Source: Chrysomallon squamiferum
Taxonomy: Eukaryota > Animalia > Mollusca
Reading direction: 5' to 3'
Assembly: GCA_012295275.1 (NCBI GenBank)
Contig: CM022670.1
Location: 14,756,001-14,820,000 of the forward strand
DNA: 64,000 nucleotides
Under the pieces are notes generated by a model, which searched no databases, had not been told where the DNA came from, and worked only from the letters and a program-made list of their open reading frames with translations. This document shows, one piece after another, positions 1 to 14,040 of the stretch. The number at the start of each line of letters is the position of its first letter. The stretch's first letter is position 1. The translations under genes were made by a program, and so were the position numbers.

Positions 1-687
1 ATAATAATAATAAAGATAATAACAATTTAACTCTGTTCTACATGGTTATCTATTACATACAGGTTGTTTTTGTTTGTGTTCATTTTTGTGTGTTTGTTGT
101 TGTTTTTAAATATTTTTGCTTTTGCTTTAAGCCATTTAATCTGGTTTGCTTCAGTGAATTAAGGTCAACATTTCTAATTTCTTTTCAGAAAAATGTACAT
201 TAAAACGTTTTCAGTCCTTATATTGGTTGTTGACTTTTTAAAAACATTTTCTTTCTTTTGTTTTCACCTGTTTAATCATCTCCAAAACAAGAATGTGACC
301 AAATAACAACTGAAATTTGTTTTTTAAAATCAACTATCAGTTAGTTTAGATTTGAAAGTAATGAAGATAACAGTGTCCCCAAATGACAGTTTCCTCCCCA
401 CCAATATCTCTGATAGTAGAAAACAGTGACAAGATGTCATTTGTAATAAAAATTGGAAAAGATGATTGATTAGGTTTGTTTTAGAGGATTGCAATTTGTT
501 TTTTAATTAAAATTTTATATCATCAATCAAAATTTAATTTTTTATTTTTATTTATTTTATTTATTTATTATTATTTTTTTTACTGTTATGTAGAACAACT
601 TGACAAAACTTAGGAAAACTCATATTTTTATTTTCTTCAGTTTTAAAAAAAGGGATTTTTACTATTATTTTTTTTTTCTATTTTCAG

Positions 688-2566
688 ATTAAGGATGTGC
701 CACCTGATGAGCAGTTCTCCTTTGATTACAAGGTACATGTTGTTTATGTGTCATTTATTTTAACATCAGCTACTTTATTATTAACAACAACATGTAGCTG
801 CACTCAGTGTTGATACAGAGAAAACAGAATAAAAGAAAGACTGACTCATTGTGAACAGTAGATGATATATTTGTAACATAATATTTTGTCTTTCATTCCT
901 ACAAACAGATATACACAAACACATGTAATACACAGCATATACTCTTATATCTGACATATGTACACACACTAACACAAATTCATACTCTATCATACTTTCA
1001 TATATTTGCATAAAACATACTCTTACATACAGACATGCACACATTTTCTCACATAATATTTCTCTCTCACACACACACACACACACAGAAACACACACAC
1101 ACACATACACACGTATTATTAAATACATACATATTCACACATATGACATACACAGAAAGACATATGTACACACAACAAATACAGATCTAGATATCTGTGC
1201 ACAGAAAAACACTTGAAGTTAGTTGTAAAATTGTATGATCTACATGCCATGTCTAGATAACTGTAATCTGTAAATATTTTTCCTTGTGCAGGACACTGTC
1301 ACAGATTAGTTTGTTTAAAGTCACTCACTATTGCAGTTGTTCCGTTTCAGTGGGATATTGTGTCTAACAAAATCCAGCTCATAGCCATGAGCAGAATTGT
1401 CAAACTGACAGCTGGAAACTGGGAAAGTCTGTCACATCTGACAAATGTGTACACCAAAAAAATCTTCAACATTCCCCAGGTATGGCAATCATTACATAAT
1501 CAATAATTAGAATAGTTATTATCTTCTTTTAATATTAAATTTTTCTTATTTATTTAGTTTCATTATCATCGCATTTTCATTTTAATAGATTTTGATTTGT
1601 TTGATTTCATTATTACCTATTTTAATTTCATTATTTTTTTGTTTATTTAATTTCATTATTAGCTTATTTTAATTTTAATAGATTACGTTTATTTAATTTC
1701 ATTTTTGATAATCTGTAAAAACAGGTTTTTTTATGAATTTTACTTTCATGTAAAAACATGTTGCACTGTTAGTTTTAGTTGACACAGGATACTATCAAAC
1801 AGTAGTTCTGTTCTTTCAGTAATGTGTAATTAAGAACAACACTGAAATAAAGTGAGACATTTTCAAACATTTTACATTGTTGCATCATTCTAATATGTAG
1901 AACTACTGGTTTAGTTTGATATGTTATTCACATTATTACATTGTTCTAATATGTAGGACTACTAGTTTTAGTTTGATATGTTATTCATGTTATTCACATT
2001 GTTACTAGGACTACTGTTTTAGTTTGATATGTTATTCACATTGTTACGTTCATTAATGTAATTTATGAAGAATGCTGAAATAAAGTGAACCATTTTAAAA
2101 GTGTTGACATTGTTGTAGGGTGCAGACAGATGGAGTAATGATCTGTTTTTTGGAAACCAGCGAGTGGCCTGTCTCAACAACTGCATCATTCAACTGTGTA
2201 CAGCCATTCCAGACAAGTAATACATACATTTAACTTCACATTTCACCAGCCAAAATATTTCTAAATAAATAATTATTATATTGCATTTAATTTTAAAAAT
2301 TAAAAGGTGTTCCATAGAATTAATTTTTTGTGATTATTTATATAACACTTACATACATACATACATACATACATACATGTACACACACATATATATATAC
2401 ACACATACATATATACAGCCAGATATACTCACACATACATAAAAATAAACATACATATCAATACATACACATATTAATACATAATATAAATACACTCACA
2501 GACAAACACACACACATATGTACCTGTGTGTCTGTGTGTGTGTGTATACATAAATATAGGTGTTTT

Positions 2567-2597
<31 letters not shown>

Positions 2598-3855
2598 TTG
2601 CACACTATAAAATGACGTGCTAAATGTTTTGTCAGTAGTAATTAAGTATAACGAGTATAATCATGTTGCAGACTGGCAGTTACAGAAGAAATGCTCAAAC
2701 CTCTGCTGGAAGGTCTGAGTCTGGAGCAAGCCATTCAAGACAAACGTTTGTTTATGTGTGACTACGAAATCCTTACTGGAATACCCTGCAAAGAAGACTT
2801 CATTGTAAGCCTGGAGTCATTTCTTAGTAAACTTCATAGAAATAGATCTCTTCAGACCTCGTAGAATATATAGTAATCATATTAAGAGTTGATCATTTCT
2901 AAAGGATTTTATTTTGATAAAAGAGAAATGACGAGTTTTATTCTTGAAATCCAGTTCTTCAGAATAAGATGATTTTTTTTTCATGTTAAGCTGTTAAAAA
3001 TTTTGCACTAATAACAAACAGTTCAAGATAATTCTACAAAATTCATAGGATATATTATAATATTTAAACCACCTGTTACTTCTGTATATCTTTATATTTC
3101 TAAAACATTTATAATAATTAAATAAATCAATCAATCAATAATGATAATAATAATCTTTAAACAATTTATTACTTTGTGTATTACTTTGAATTTGTAGAAT
3201 CTAATAATCATATAATATTGTTTAACATAATACAATATAGTAAGTTATTTAAAGATCTTTGTTCTTACAAAGTAATAATACATACAAACAAATCTTTAAA
3301 TCACTTAATATGTTAAGCAGTTATTTAAACACATGTGTATGTGTGTGTGTCTGTGTATTTGTATGTAGATATTACTGTGTTTAAATAAACATTATGTTTA
3401 GTTGCTGTTTTGTTTTTCTCATCCAGTGTCCCGATCCTCTTGGTCTGTTTTTTCTGAATGGAAACAAGAGACTGGTTCCCATAGCAATCCAACTGTTCCA
3501 GAAACCTTCCCCAGACAACCCTGTATGTATCTCTTCTCAGTTTTAATCACCACATTTTTGATTGAATCATTTTACAATTAAAACCATTACTTTTAACAGA
3601 ACAGAACTATATTTGTATTTAGTGACCAACAGTCTACAAGTTTACTTGGTCACCATAAACTATAAGTTGTGTGTGTCTGTTTGTATGTATATGTATGATT
3701 GTGTATATAATATGTGTATGTAATTATGTACCTGTGTGTGTGTGTGTGTGTGTGTCTATATATATATATAAAGTGTGTGTGTGTGTATATCATATATATG
3801 TGTGTATATGTATTATGTATCTATGTATGTATATATGTAAAAAATGTGTAAGTAT

Positions 3856-3886
<31 letters not shown>

Positions 3887-6310
3887 ACATTAGAGAGAAA
3901 TAATCAGATGACAGAGAATGTGATGTATACTCTTGGGACTTGCATTGATTATCAGCTAATTTCCCAGCTTATCACCACTGTATGAATGCATTAATGTTAA
4001 GTAGATTTTAATTCTAACATTAAGCTGATCATGTGTCCCAGGGCATGTTGATCAAAGTGGATATTTCTCTCAGGGAACAATTAACACAAACTGTGGACTC
4101 ACTTAAACATTAATTTGTAATGGTTTATGAAACCACCAAGTGGCAAATCATTAACATTTATTTTGAAACGAGCATAATGTTAGACATGTACTGGCAAAAC
4201 ATGCATTTATTTTGTTAGCATTTCTTAAAACATGTTTTGAAACAGTTGTTTATTTTGATAGTATTTCTTAGACATATTTTTTTTAAATAAGTTTTAATAG
4301 TGCTAGAGTTTCCAAAAAAATATTTATTTTTAAATAAGTATTTATTATCTTAGTATTTCTAAAACAGTATATTGTGAAACTCTTAAAATGTACTTTGAAA
4401 CAGTCATTGATTATGTTAGCATTTCTTTCCCTGGTAATGTTGGCACAAACTAAATATCAGGATGTTGTTACTGCATCAAGGTAATTTTGTTATCTAGCAC
4501 TGATAGAAAAATTAGGAGTAATTTAATATTGAATATAACAGTTTTCTGCAATTTTATGCAAATTATGACATATAATATTTAAAAACAATTGTTTTAAATT
4601 CAGAAATGAACTGTATTTAATTTGGTATTGAAGAAATTAAATATTGTCAATTTAATGTAAATCCTGACATACTGATTTCATAAACAGTTGTTTTAAGTTC
4701 AGAAATGAATTGTATTTTGTTTAATACTGAAAATAACACAGTTGTGCAGTTTTGATATAAAATTACATCATATTGTATTCATAACTGTTTTAAGTTCACA
4801 AACAAACTGTTTTTTGTATATACGTGTAATAATAACATAACTGTTTTAAGTTCACAAACAAACTGTATATTGTGTTTATATATAATAATAAACAAGATCT
4901 TTTTTATTTTTTTCAGGTTTTCTTGCCAACTGATCCACCGAACACCTGGGCTATAGCTAAAATGTGGTTTAATCTTGCAGACTGTGTTGTCCACCAGTCA
5001 CTCGCTCATTTAGGTTTGTCACTTTTCTTAGTCAGAATATTCACCTACATCTGTAAACAACAGCTGTGTACATCACTTGTATACAACAGCTGTGTACATC
5101 ACTTGTATACAACAGCTGTGTACATCACTTGTATACAATGCAGCTGACATGTCAGAACAAAATGACAGACCATTTGTAATTATGTAACGTGTTCTCCAGT
5201 GAGTTAGAATTTGTATCAGGATCAGTATTTTAATTTGTAACTTTAACCATTTTCAGTTTTCTGGCACTGTTTAGTTTGTCAATACATCTTAGTATTAAAA
5301 AAATTCACCTCAATATTGGTGTTGCTGGCCATAGTAAACCCCAACAAAACTGTGCCTGTCCCACACCAGATTATACCATCATGATTTTTTATTTTTTATT
5401 TTATTAAATTAATCTCTATTTTAATATCTAGAGATCTGTATTCAAACAAAGTCCGTACTAGTCCAAAATATAACCCAGGATATTATAGCTGGGCATGGGC
5501 TATTTTATACTCAGAGGTATACTTTGGACTATACTTTGTAGACAGAATTTTATCTTGAGTTTTTTATGTCTTTTGGGGAATATATATATTAATAAATGTT
5601 TACTTGTGGTAGAATGTAGGAAAGTTTGTTTTATGATTTAGATCAATTTAATAAGCTAAAATGTTATTAAATACAGAATCTAGCTGCCATTTTGGAATTA
5701 TTCAAGTTAGGAAGAATACTGATATGGAAAGAGTCGGCATCTTTTTGTCATAAGTTAACATTTCATTAATTTTGTTTAATTATATATCTATCTTACTAAA
5801 TTATAATTTGTATACAGATCCTCTCAAATGATCGTCAACTTTGCAAGATGTTACATAATAAAAATTATTCAGAAAACATACATATTATTAATGGGTTTTT
5901 TTTAAATTCAGGGTACTGCTTATTTAATTTTGTGATTGTTATAAGAATTATTTGTATTAAAGTTGTAAACTGTCATTTATGTTTATTCTTATTTTCTCAT
6001 TAAATCTATAACTATCATTTTCATTTGATACTTTCTCTATTTTTTTTTTATTTTTTTTTGTATGTGTGTATGTCCTGCATTTACATGTGACTACATATTT
6101 TCTTTAAGTGAAAATGAATATGAGAGGACACCAAGTTAGAAACATTTATTAATTTTGAACTTTTCAAATGCAGGTTATACACACTTGTTGATGGAGGGTG
6201 TAACCGTGGCAACCCACCGAAACTTGTCCCAATCTCATCCAGTTTTCAAATTACTAGCTCCACATTTTCTTTACCTGATTGCTGTTAACAGGTAACATTT
6301 ATATCCGTCC

Positions 6311-6341
<31 letters not shown>

Positions 6342-9300
6342 AGTATATATGTCTGTGTGTGTGTGGGTGTGTGGGTGGGTGGTTGGGTGTGTCTGCATGA
6401 ATGTCCAGAATTTCTCATTGATAAATTTTTATAATTTACTGTTCAAGAATTTTGCATGAAATGAAATATATCCTGCATCACAAGACATATCACACATAAA
6501 CAAAATATACCAGATAATTAAACCTTGATTTCAGTTAAATTAAAAATAGCTGAATGTGTTTTGTTGTTTTTTCAGTCGAGGTCTGCAGACTATTCTTTCA
6601 CCAAATGGCTGGGTGGACAAAGTGATGAACATTGGAAGAAAAGGAATGTTCTATCTAATAAAGAAAGGGTAAACATTTTATTTATTTTCCTTGGATTATA
6701 ATTGATACCTATTTATGAATAGAAATAACAAAAACCAGTGATGATAAATAAATATATACACACACATACATATACAAACACACATATACATAAATATTTA
6801 TAGAGAAAGAAAAATAGATATTTTTATATATGTATATATATGTATCTACACACTCAGTGAGAGGTATAAGATTCATAAATATGTAGTGCCAAGTAATCTA
6901 AACTTTGATTTACTGTTGTTTTTGAAATTTATTTATTTATTTATTTATTCATGAGTATCATTTTATTTTTGTTTATCAATTTCCGTGGAGTTAAAATGTT
7001 TGTTACAAAGGCAACAGTTGTCTCCCCTGTACAATTTTGAGCAATAATATCTCGGTCCATTTTAATAAAAATAGTCTAACAAAGTTTCATGTCTGAGACA
7101 AATGATTGCACTCCAATTGTTTTTATATTTTACTTTATTAATAATTAAAAAAAAAAAAAAGACGAAGAAAAAAAAAAAAAAATAATAATTAAAAAAAAAA
7201 AAAAAAATAATATAATAATATTAACAACAACAACAGTAATAATAATAATAATAATCATCCTTCCTATATATAAATATACAGGGCACTCTCCCAGAGGAAT
7301 ATGAGTGATATGTTAGTAACTGATATTTTTTGGTATGAATATTTCCAAATTCAGTTATAGCACAGAGGTGTGTTAAACTGATTGATAGTGTGAAAAAAAC
7401 AGTTCTTTACAAAGTAAATTACAACAGATCAAACTTCTGTCAACCAACTGATCAGTAGAGTTGTCTAGTATTTTATCAGAAAGGTTATTTGCAGAAAATA
7501 TTAACTTTATTCTTTAAACTTCTTTATTTTACTATACAGTTATCTTTAAATGTTGTCATTTAAAATTTATAAATTTATATATATGAATCTTTTAAAATTT
7601 TTAAATATAATGACTGTTTCAAGAGTAGAAAATGATATTAAACTGTAGTATAACTTTTAAATTATTTGAAATTATAATTGCATAAACAGATGTGTATGTG
7701 AAGTTTAATAACACAGACCAAAGTTTTTCTAGTGTAGGTAGTATTTTCAGGACACTGTTAATTTTTGTAAATAATTATGCTTCTTTGTATTTATAATATT
7801 GATAATGAATTATAAAAATGAATCAATAAAAGATACATTCTATAACATTCACTGACAAACATAAACTGAAAATAATTGCAATCACTTTTTAATAATAAAA
7901 TAATTATTTATTTATTTATTATTTATCTATATTTTATTTAATTTTTTTTATTTTATTTTTGTTTTGTAATTTTAAAAAAGATATATAATTATTATTATTA
8001 TTATTATTTTTAATTTTTTTTTATATTATGTTTTTAGAGGATTCAGCATTCAATGCTTTTGTAATACTATTTCCTTAAACCTCATTAACAATTCTTGGAG
8101 TGTAGAGTTGTCTTTCTTTCTTTTTTTTGAAGATGTATTTTTGATGTGGTGTCTAAACAACAGCAAACATGTACTTAGTTTTTCTTTAAGGAAACACTAG
8201 GAAATAGTAAAATACGTTTATTTGTGGTAGAGCAGTTTTCCAGTGACTCACTATGTTCATTGTTGCAGGTTGGCTCAGTGGAGAGTGGATGTACAGGGCA
8301 CTCTCCCAGAGGAACTGAAAAGTCGTGGAGTAACTTTCATTTACACTAGAACAGAAACCCGATTTAATTTTGATAGTTACATTTGTTTTAAAACAGTACT
8401 AATAAAAATATATTTTATATTTTAAACAGTACTACTAAAAATAAATTTGTATTTTAAAATAGTACTAATAAAACAGTATTTTAAACAGCACTACTAAAAT
8501 ATATATTTGTATTTTAAAATAGTACCAATCACAATACATTTATATTTTAAAATAACTGATAAAAATGCATTTATATTTTAAAAGTATTAACAAAAATATA
8601 TTTATCTTTTAAAATAGTACTAATAGAAATACACTTATATTTTAAAATAACAGACAGAAATATATGTTTTAAAATAACTAATAATAACGCTTTTATTTTT
8701 TTAAATTGTATTAATAAAAATAATTTATATTATAAAATACCTGTAAAAAAATACATTTATATTTTAAAATAGCACTAATATAAATACATTTTTTTTTTTA
8801 AATAGTATTAATTGAAATACATTTATATTTAAAATAATTTAAAAAAATACATTTATAAAATAATGCTAATAAAAATACTTTTATTTTTTAAATTGGTACA
8901 AATAAAAATATATTTATATTTTAAAATAACACTAACATAAATACATTTTTATATATTTTTTAAAATAACTAATAAAAATACCTTTGATTTAAAATAACCA
9001 AAGAAAATTAATATATTTTTTAAAATACATCATAAAAATACTTATCATTAATAAAAATACATTTATCTTTTAAAATAACTAATAAATATATTTTTTTAAA
9101 TAACTAATATAAATACATGTTTATTTATATTTTGATATAGCTAGTAAAGATCCATTTATATTTTTTAATTAATTAATATATATATATATTTTAAAATAAC
9201 TAATAAAATATATTTACATGTGCATTTAAAAAAACTAATAAAAGTTGCATTTATATTTTAAAATAACAAAAATACATTTAACTATTAAAATAGTACAAAT

Positions 9301-12300
9301 AAATATATTTTAAAATAACAAAAATTTGTTATTTAATTCAGTTTTTATAGCATGACTAGGCTTTTATGTATATCTCATAACATTTATCATAATGTTTTAA
9401 TACACAAGGATTGTCAATAATTTTTTGGTTTGAAAGGCATGTAAACAGAATTAGAAATAATTTACAGTTTTATAAAATATTTGTAATTACTGAACATAAC
9501 CTTTTAATAAGTTGTAGCTATTTAAATTAATGTATTTATATCTTGTCCTAGCGAACAGTCTTGTATAAGAAATGAACACTTAATCAGTTTATATCTGTAC
9601 AGAGATCAAATTCAGAGTGTTTGATGATTGGTTTATTTCAGTTTACAGACTCCAGCATTCTGCCAGGATACCATTTCCGTGACGATGCTTTGCTTCTGTT
9701 TGAATGTATTGACAAATACATCAGAAATTACATCAGTCTATATTACAGTAAGAAAATATTTCATACAGTCTGGCAACACATTTTTGACTGGATATAGTTT
9801 TTTTTGAATTGTTGATTATTCTAGTTTGAAACACGTATAACATTCTGTTGAGACAAGAAAGTAAAAGATGGTCATGTGTATAAATGTATAAACATGTTTG
9901 CAACCAGAAGAAATAAAAATATATATATACATATATATATATTTTACAAATATAATTATCTACCCAGAAAATATGGAGAAAATAAAAGTAGAATACGTTG
10001 CAAATTAAAACAATAAAAGGCTTGACTGCCACTAGGATCTTCTCATTTTTTTTGATTTCCCTAAACTTAAAATTGTGAAAAATTCATTCAAAAACTACAA
10101 ACTGCAAGCCAAACTGATTTAGAACAAAGATACAAAATGTGTATCCACTTTTATTGTTTAACAAGTTCTAGACAATTTTTTTTCATGTATTGTTTCAAAT
10201 GAAGAAAACTCTAAGGTAGGTGTAAGTGTACAATACATAAACAGCTGAGTCAAACTGTTATTTATTTAATTTATTCAGAGAAACCTTCGATGATTGAAGG
10301 GGACTGGGAACTACAGGCCTGGGGCAGTGAGCTGGTGCAGGAGAAAGAAAAAGGCGGGGTCGGTTTACTGGTCTGTATTTAATACTTCTTATAACATTTT
10401 TGTTAATGTTCAGTTGAATCGGAATCTAAATATTAGTTTCTCTATAGTGGATTGATACTGGTATATATATTAATATTTTTTATATTTGATGTTTATCACA
10501 AAATTATCACAAAGTAATAATATTTAGCTAATAAATGAATAAATAATATAATAAAAAATAATAAAAATTTGTTATAAATATAAATAAAACTACATAAATA
10601 AATAAATAAATAAATGAAAATAATAATAATAAAATAAAATAAATAATACGTATGTTTTAGGCAAGTTAATGTTACGAATATTAGTAGAAGGTAAGAAATG
10701 CAGATATTAAGAATTAACATCCATGTTTGTTGTTGACTGTTTTTTCATGGCTTTTTGGTAAAAACTAACATTTTACTTCTTCTAATAAGATTGGAATTAG
10801 TTCAAACATGTTTTATCTGAAAACACAGAAAGACAGACAGACAGACACACACACACACACACACTACAGAGAATAACTGATAAGCATGTTTTACTAATTG
10901 CTACAGCTGAGTATGTCTTAACATGTGTTTTAATTTTTACATTATTCTAAAAATTACCTGTAAACTTCATAAATATTAAATGTTAAACATATGTCACAAT
11001 CAAATTTAACTACTGTGATTTGTAAAACTTTTATGAATTTCAAATTAAATAAATGAAAAAAAAAAAATATGATCTTGAATTCAAAGATTTTAACTGACAC
11101 GTATACGTCAAAAATAATAATACATAAAATTACTTCTAAGAATAAATTCAAAAAATAATTTTTTAAATTCAACAAAAAGCCTTCAAATAATTTAAATAAT
11201 AAATAGTAATAACTAGCGTCTCAAATAGGAAAACAACAATCACATTCTGTCTTACTTCATCCATGATATTAATTAGAAGATTTACATGTTTGAAATATTG
11301 TTGGATTGTCTATTGCTAGGCTTTCTAACTAATAAAGATTAACATAATAATTAATATTTTTAAATTATTGAATGATTGCTTACATGTGAATTCAGAACTA
11401 AACATTTGTTTTTAGCTAATTATTTTCTGCTGCAAATACTGTAGATATGATATGCAGTGTTATAATAGTGAGAATTTTAACATTTGCTTAAAAATAACAA
11501 CAAATGTAATAGGATACAATTTTATTATTAGAAATTACAAACAATGTGATTAAAAATAATTTGTTGTTGAATTTGAAATTTTATACTATTAAACTGAGCA
11601 TCCTCTATGGTATTGGATAATAATATCTATATAAATTGTATATGTTTGAAAGAAGGTCATTTCAAAACTGAAAAAAGTTTTGACAGTAAACTGAAACATA
11701 TTGAATTGCACTGAAATGTAACATTCATAAATTGCTTTTGATTTCAGGGAGTACCAAACAATGGGAAGTTTAAGACAGTGGAGGATATAGTGAAGATGTG
11801 CAGAACAATTGTGTACACATGCAGTGTGTCCCATGCCGCATCTAATTTCGCACATTACGAAGAGTACGCATTCCCACCTAACTACCCCACTTACTTGAGA
11901 GGACTGCCACCGAAAGACAAGGTGACACAGACATTAAATGATTTCTGTGGAATGTACCTATCAGAATACAGATCATTTCCACACACACACACACATACAT
12001 TAGTTTCTTTATCTTTTAAAAATATTATTAATCTTTTTGAATATTATTTTTGTTTAATATGTAGGAATGTTTTGTTTTCTAAAAGTCAAAACAGACATAT
12101 TCTAAAATCTAACTCATGAAATAATTGTTTTTTTTTTTCATATGCTTACTAAATTTTGTCTGTGTAAATAATGATCATATTTTATTAATGCTTGTTCTAT
12201 ATGAAGTCTTTATAATTATCTAGCTAAAACAAAACAGAAACAAACACATCTGAATATCTTTTTTATGTGTGTTGAAAATTTGTTTTCTTTTGACAAATTA

Positions 12301-13000
12301 CTAGTTTTTATTTGGAATTATTTCACTGAGTATTGTTTAATGTTTGACTTGGCAGACTGCACTGACAGAACTAGATATCCTAGGCTACCTGCCTGACAAA
12401 CCAACCACTCTGGATGTAATGGTTGTCACCAAGACCCTGAGTGTTCGGGGAACAAAAAGTATCGGAGACTTTGAGGTGCAGTACATCTTTGATCCAAAAG
12501 CAAGGGACACTGTGGATGAGTAAGTTGTTAAAGTTTACTGTGTGTGTAAAACTGTTGTGAGGCCATCAAAAATATTTTAAAACAACTTAAAACCTTAAAT
12601 TATTCTAACAAACAGATTGCATTCTTTGGTTATTTTTATTATTGATTTCAGGATGCATAACTGACAAAACGTTCAGAATCACCCATGTCTTCCCAGAAAT
12701 TGTTTTAAACATGGTTCTTGCTTGTGTTTGAACCTTGAATAATTGATTATTGACATTAGTGATTTATAAAAAAGAAAAAGAATTGGGATTATAAATATGA
12801 GAAATAAATCAGTAAAATGTAAGTAACAATACTGCATGATTATCAGAGTACTCTTATACAGAATTGTTTCTGTACTCAATTTCAGATTTAGAAAAGATCT
12901 TCGCGAAGTTAGCAAGATTATCAAAGAAAGAAACAAGAGCAGGGATCCTCAGTTCCCATACCTGGACCCAGATGTTATTCCCAACTCCATCGGCATTTAA
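688..13000 (+). CDS. Lipoxygenase copy A (animal arachidonate/PUFA LOX family), exons 2-15; PLAT exon 1 lies upstream of the window
   Basis: GT-AG exons 688-732, 1351-1479, 2119-2216, 2672-2804, 3427-3522, 4917-5013, 6174-6291, 6576-6668, 8269-8329, 9642-9747, 10279-10370, 11748-11921, 12356-12519, 12886-13000 join in frame without stops. LOX motifs present: PIAIQL, WAIAKMW, HQSLAHLGYTHL, HPVFKLLAPH, YHFRDD, DWELQAW, HAASNF, C-terminal IPNSIGI* (iron ligands His/His/His/Asn/C-terminal Ile). Confidence 0.95.
5057..5138 (+). repeat. 26-bp tandem repeat, three copies (two at 33722-33777)
   Basis: Unit acaacagctgtgtacatcacttgtat. Confidence 0.85.
8375..9325 (+). repeat. Degenerate ~32-bp AT-rich minisatellite in LOX intron 10 (shorter counterpart 36740-37280)
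   Basis: Recurrent tttatattttaaaatagtactaataaaaataca variants. Confidence 0.75.
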
Positions 13001-13049
13001 CAGTATCCTGAAAATACATGCGCTGCATACTAGTGAGAACAGTGAAATG

Positions 13050-14040
13050 AATAATATACTGAAAATACACAGACATGTATAATATACTGAAAATACACAG
13101 ACATGTATAATATACTGAAAATATAATGACATGTATAATATACTAAAAACACACTAACGTATAATATACTGAAAACACACAGACATGTATAAGATAATAA
13201 AAACACAATGAAATGCATAATATACTGAAAATACACAGACACGTATAATATACTGAAAATACACAGACGTATAATATACTGAAAATACACAGACATGTAT
13301 AATATACTAAAAACACACTAACATGTATAACATACTGAAAACACACAGACATGTATAAGATAATAAAAACACACTGACATGCATAATATACTGAAAATAC
13401 ACAGACATGTATAATATACTGAAAATACACAGACATGTATAATATACTGAAAATACACAGACATGTACACTATACTGAAAACACACAGATGTATAATATA
13501 CTGAAAATACACAGACATGTATAATATACTGAAAATACACAGACACGTATAATATACAGAAAATACACAGACATGTATAATATACTGAAAATATAATGAC
13601 ATGTATAATATACAGAAAATACACAGACACGTATAATATACAGAAAATACACAGACATGTATAATATACTGAAAATATAATGACATGTATAATATACAGA
13701 AAATACACAGACACGTATAATATACAGAAAATACACAGACATGTATAATATACTGAAAAAATACAATGACGTATAATATACAGAAAATACACAGACATGT
13801 ATAATATACAGAAAATACACAGACATGTATAATATACAGAAAATACACAGACATGTATAATATACAGAAAATACACAGACATGTATAATATACTGAAAAC
13901 ACACAAAAATGTACAATATACTGAAAACACACAAAAATGTACAATATACTGAAAACACACACACATGTATAAGATAATAGAAACATACTGACATGTATAA
14001 TGTACTGAAAACGCAGACGTACAATATACTGAAAATCTCA
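13050..14040 (+). repeat. 28-bp minisatellite (~35 units) just downstream of the LOX-A stop codon
   Basis: Unit gtataatatactgaaaatacacagacat; period 28 (e.g. 13383 vs 13411). Confidence 0.95.

Noticed and set aside
781-3985. VCVC/HTHT/IIII/YYYY-rich ORFs here and throughout (e.g. 14811, 55156, 61778, 61846)
   Set aside because: Microsatellite and low-complexity translations in introns or intergenic DNA.
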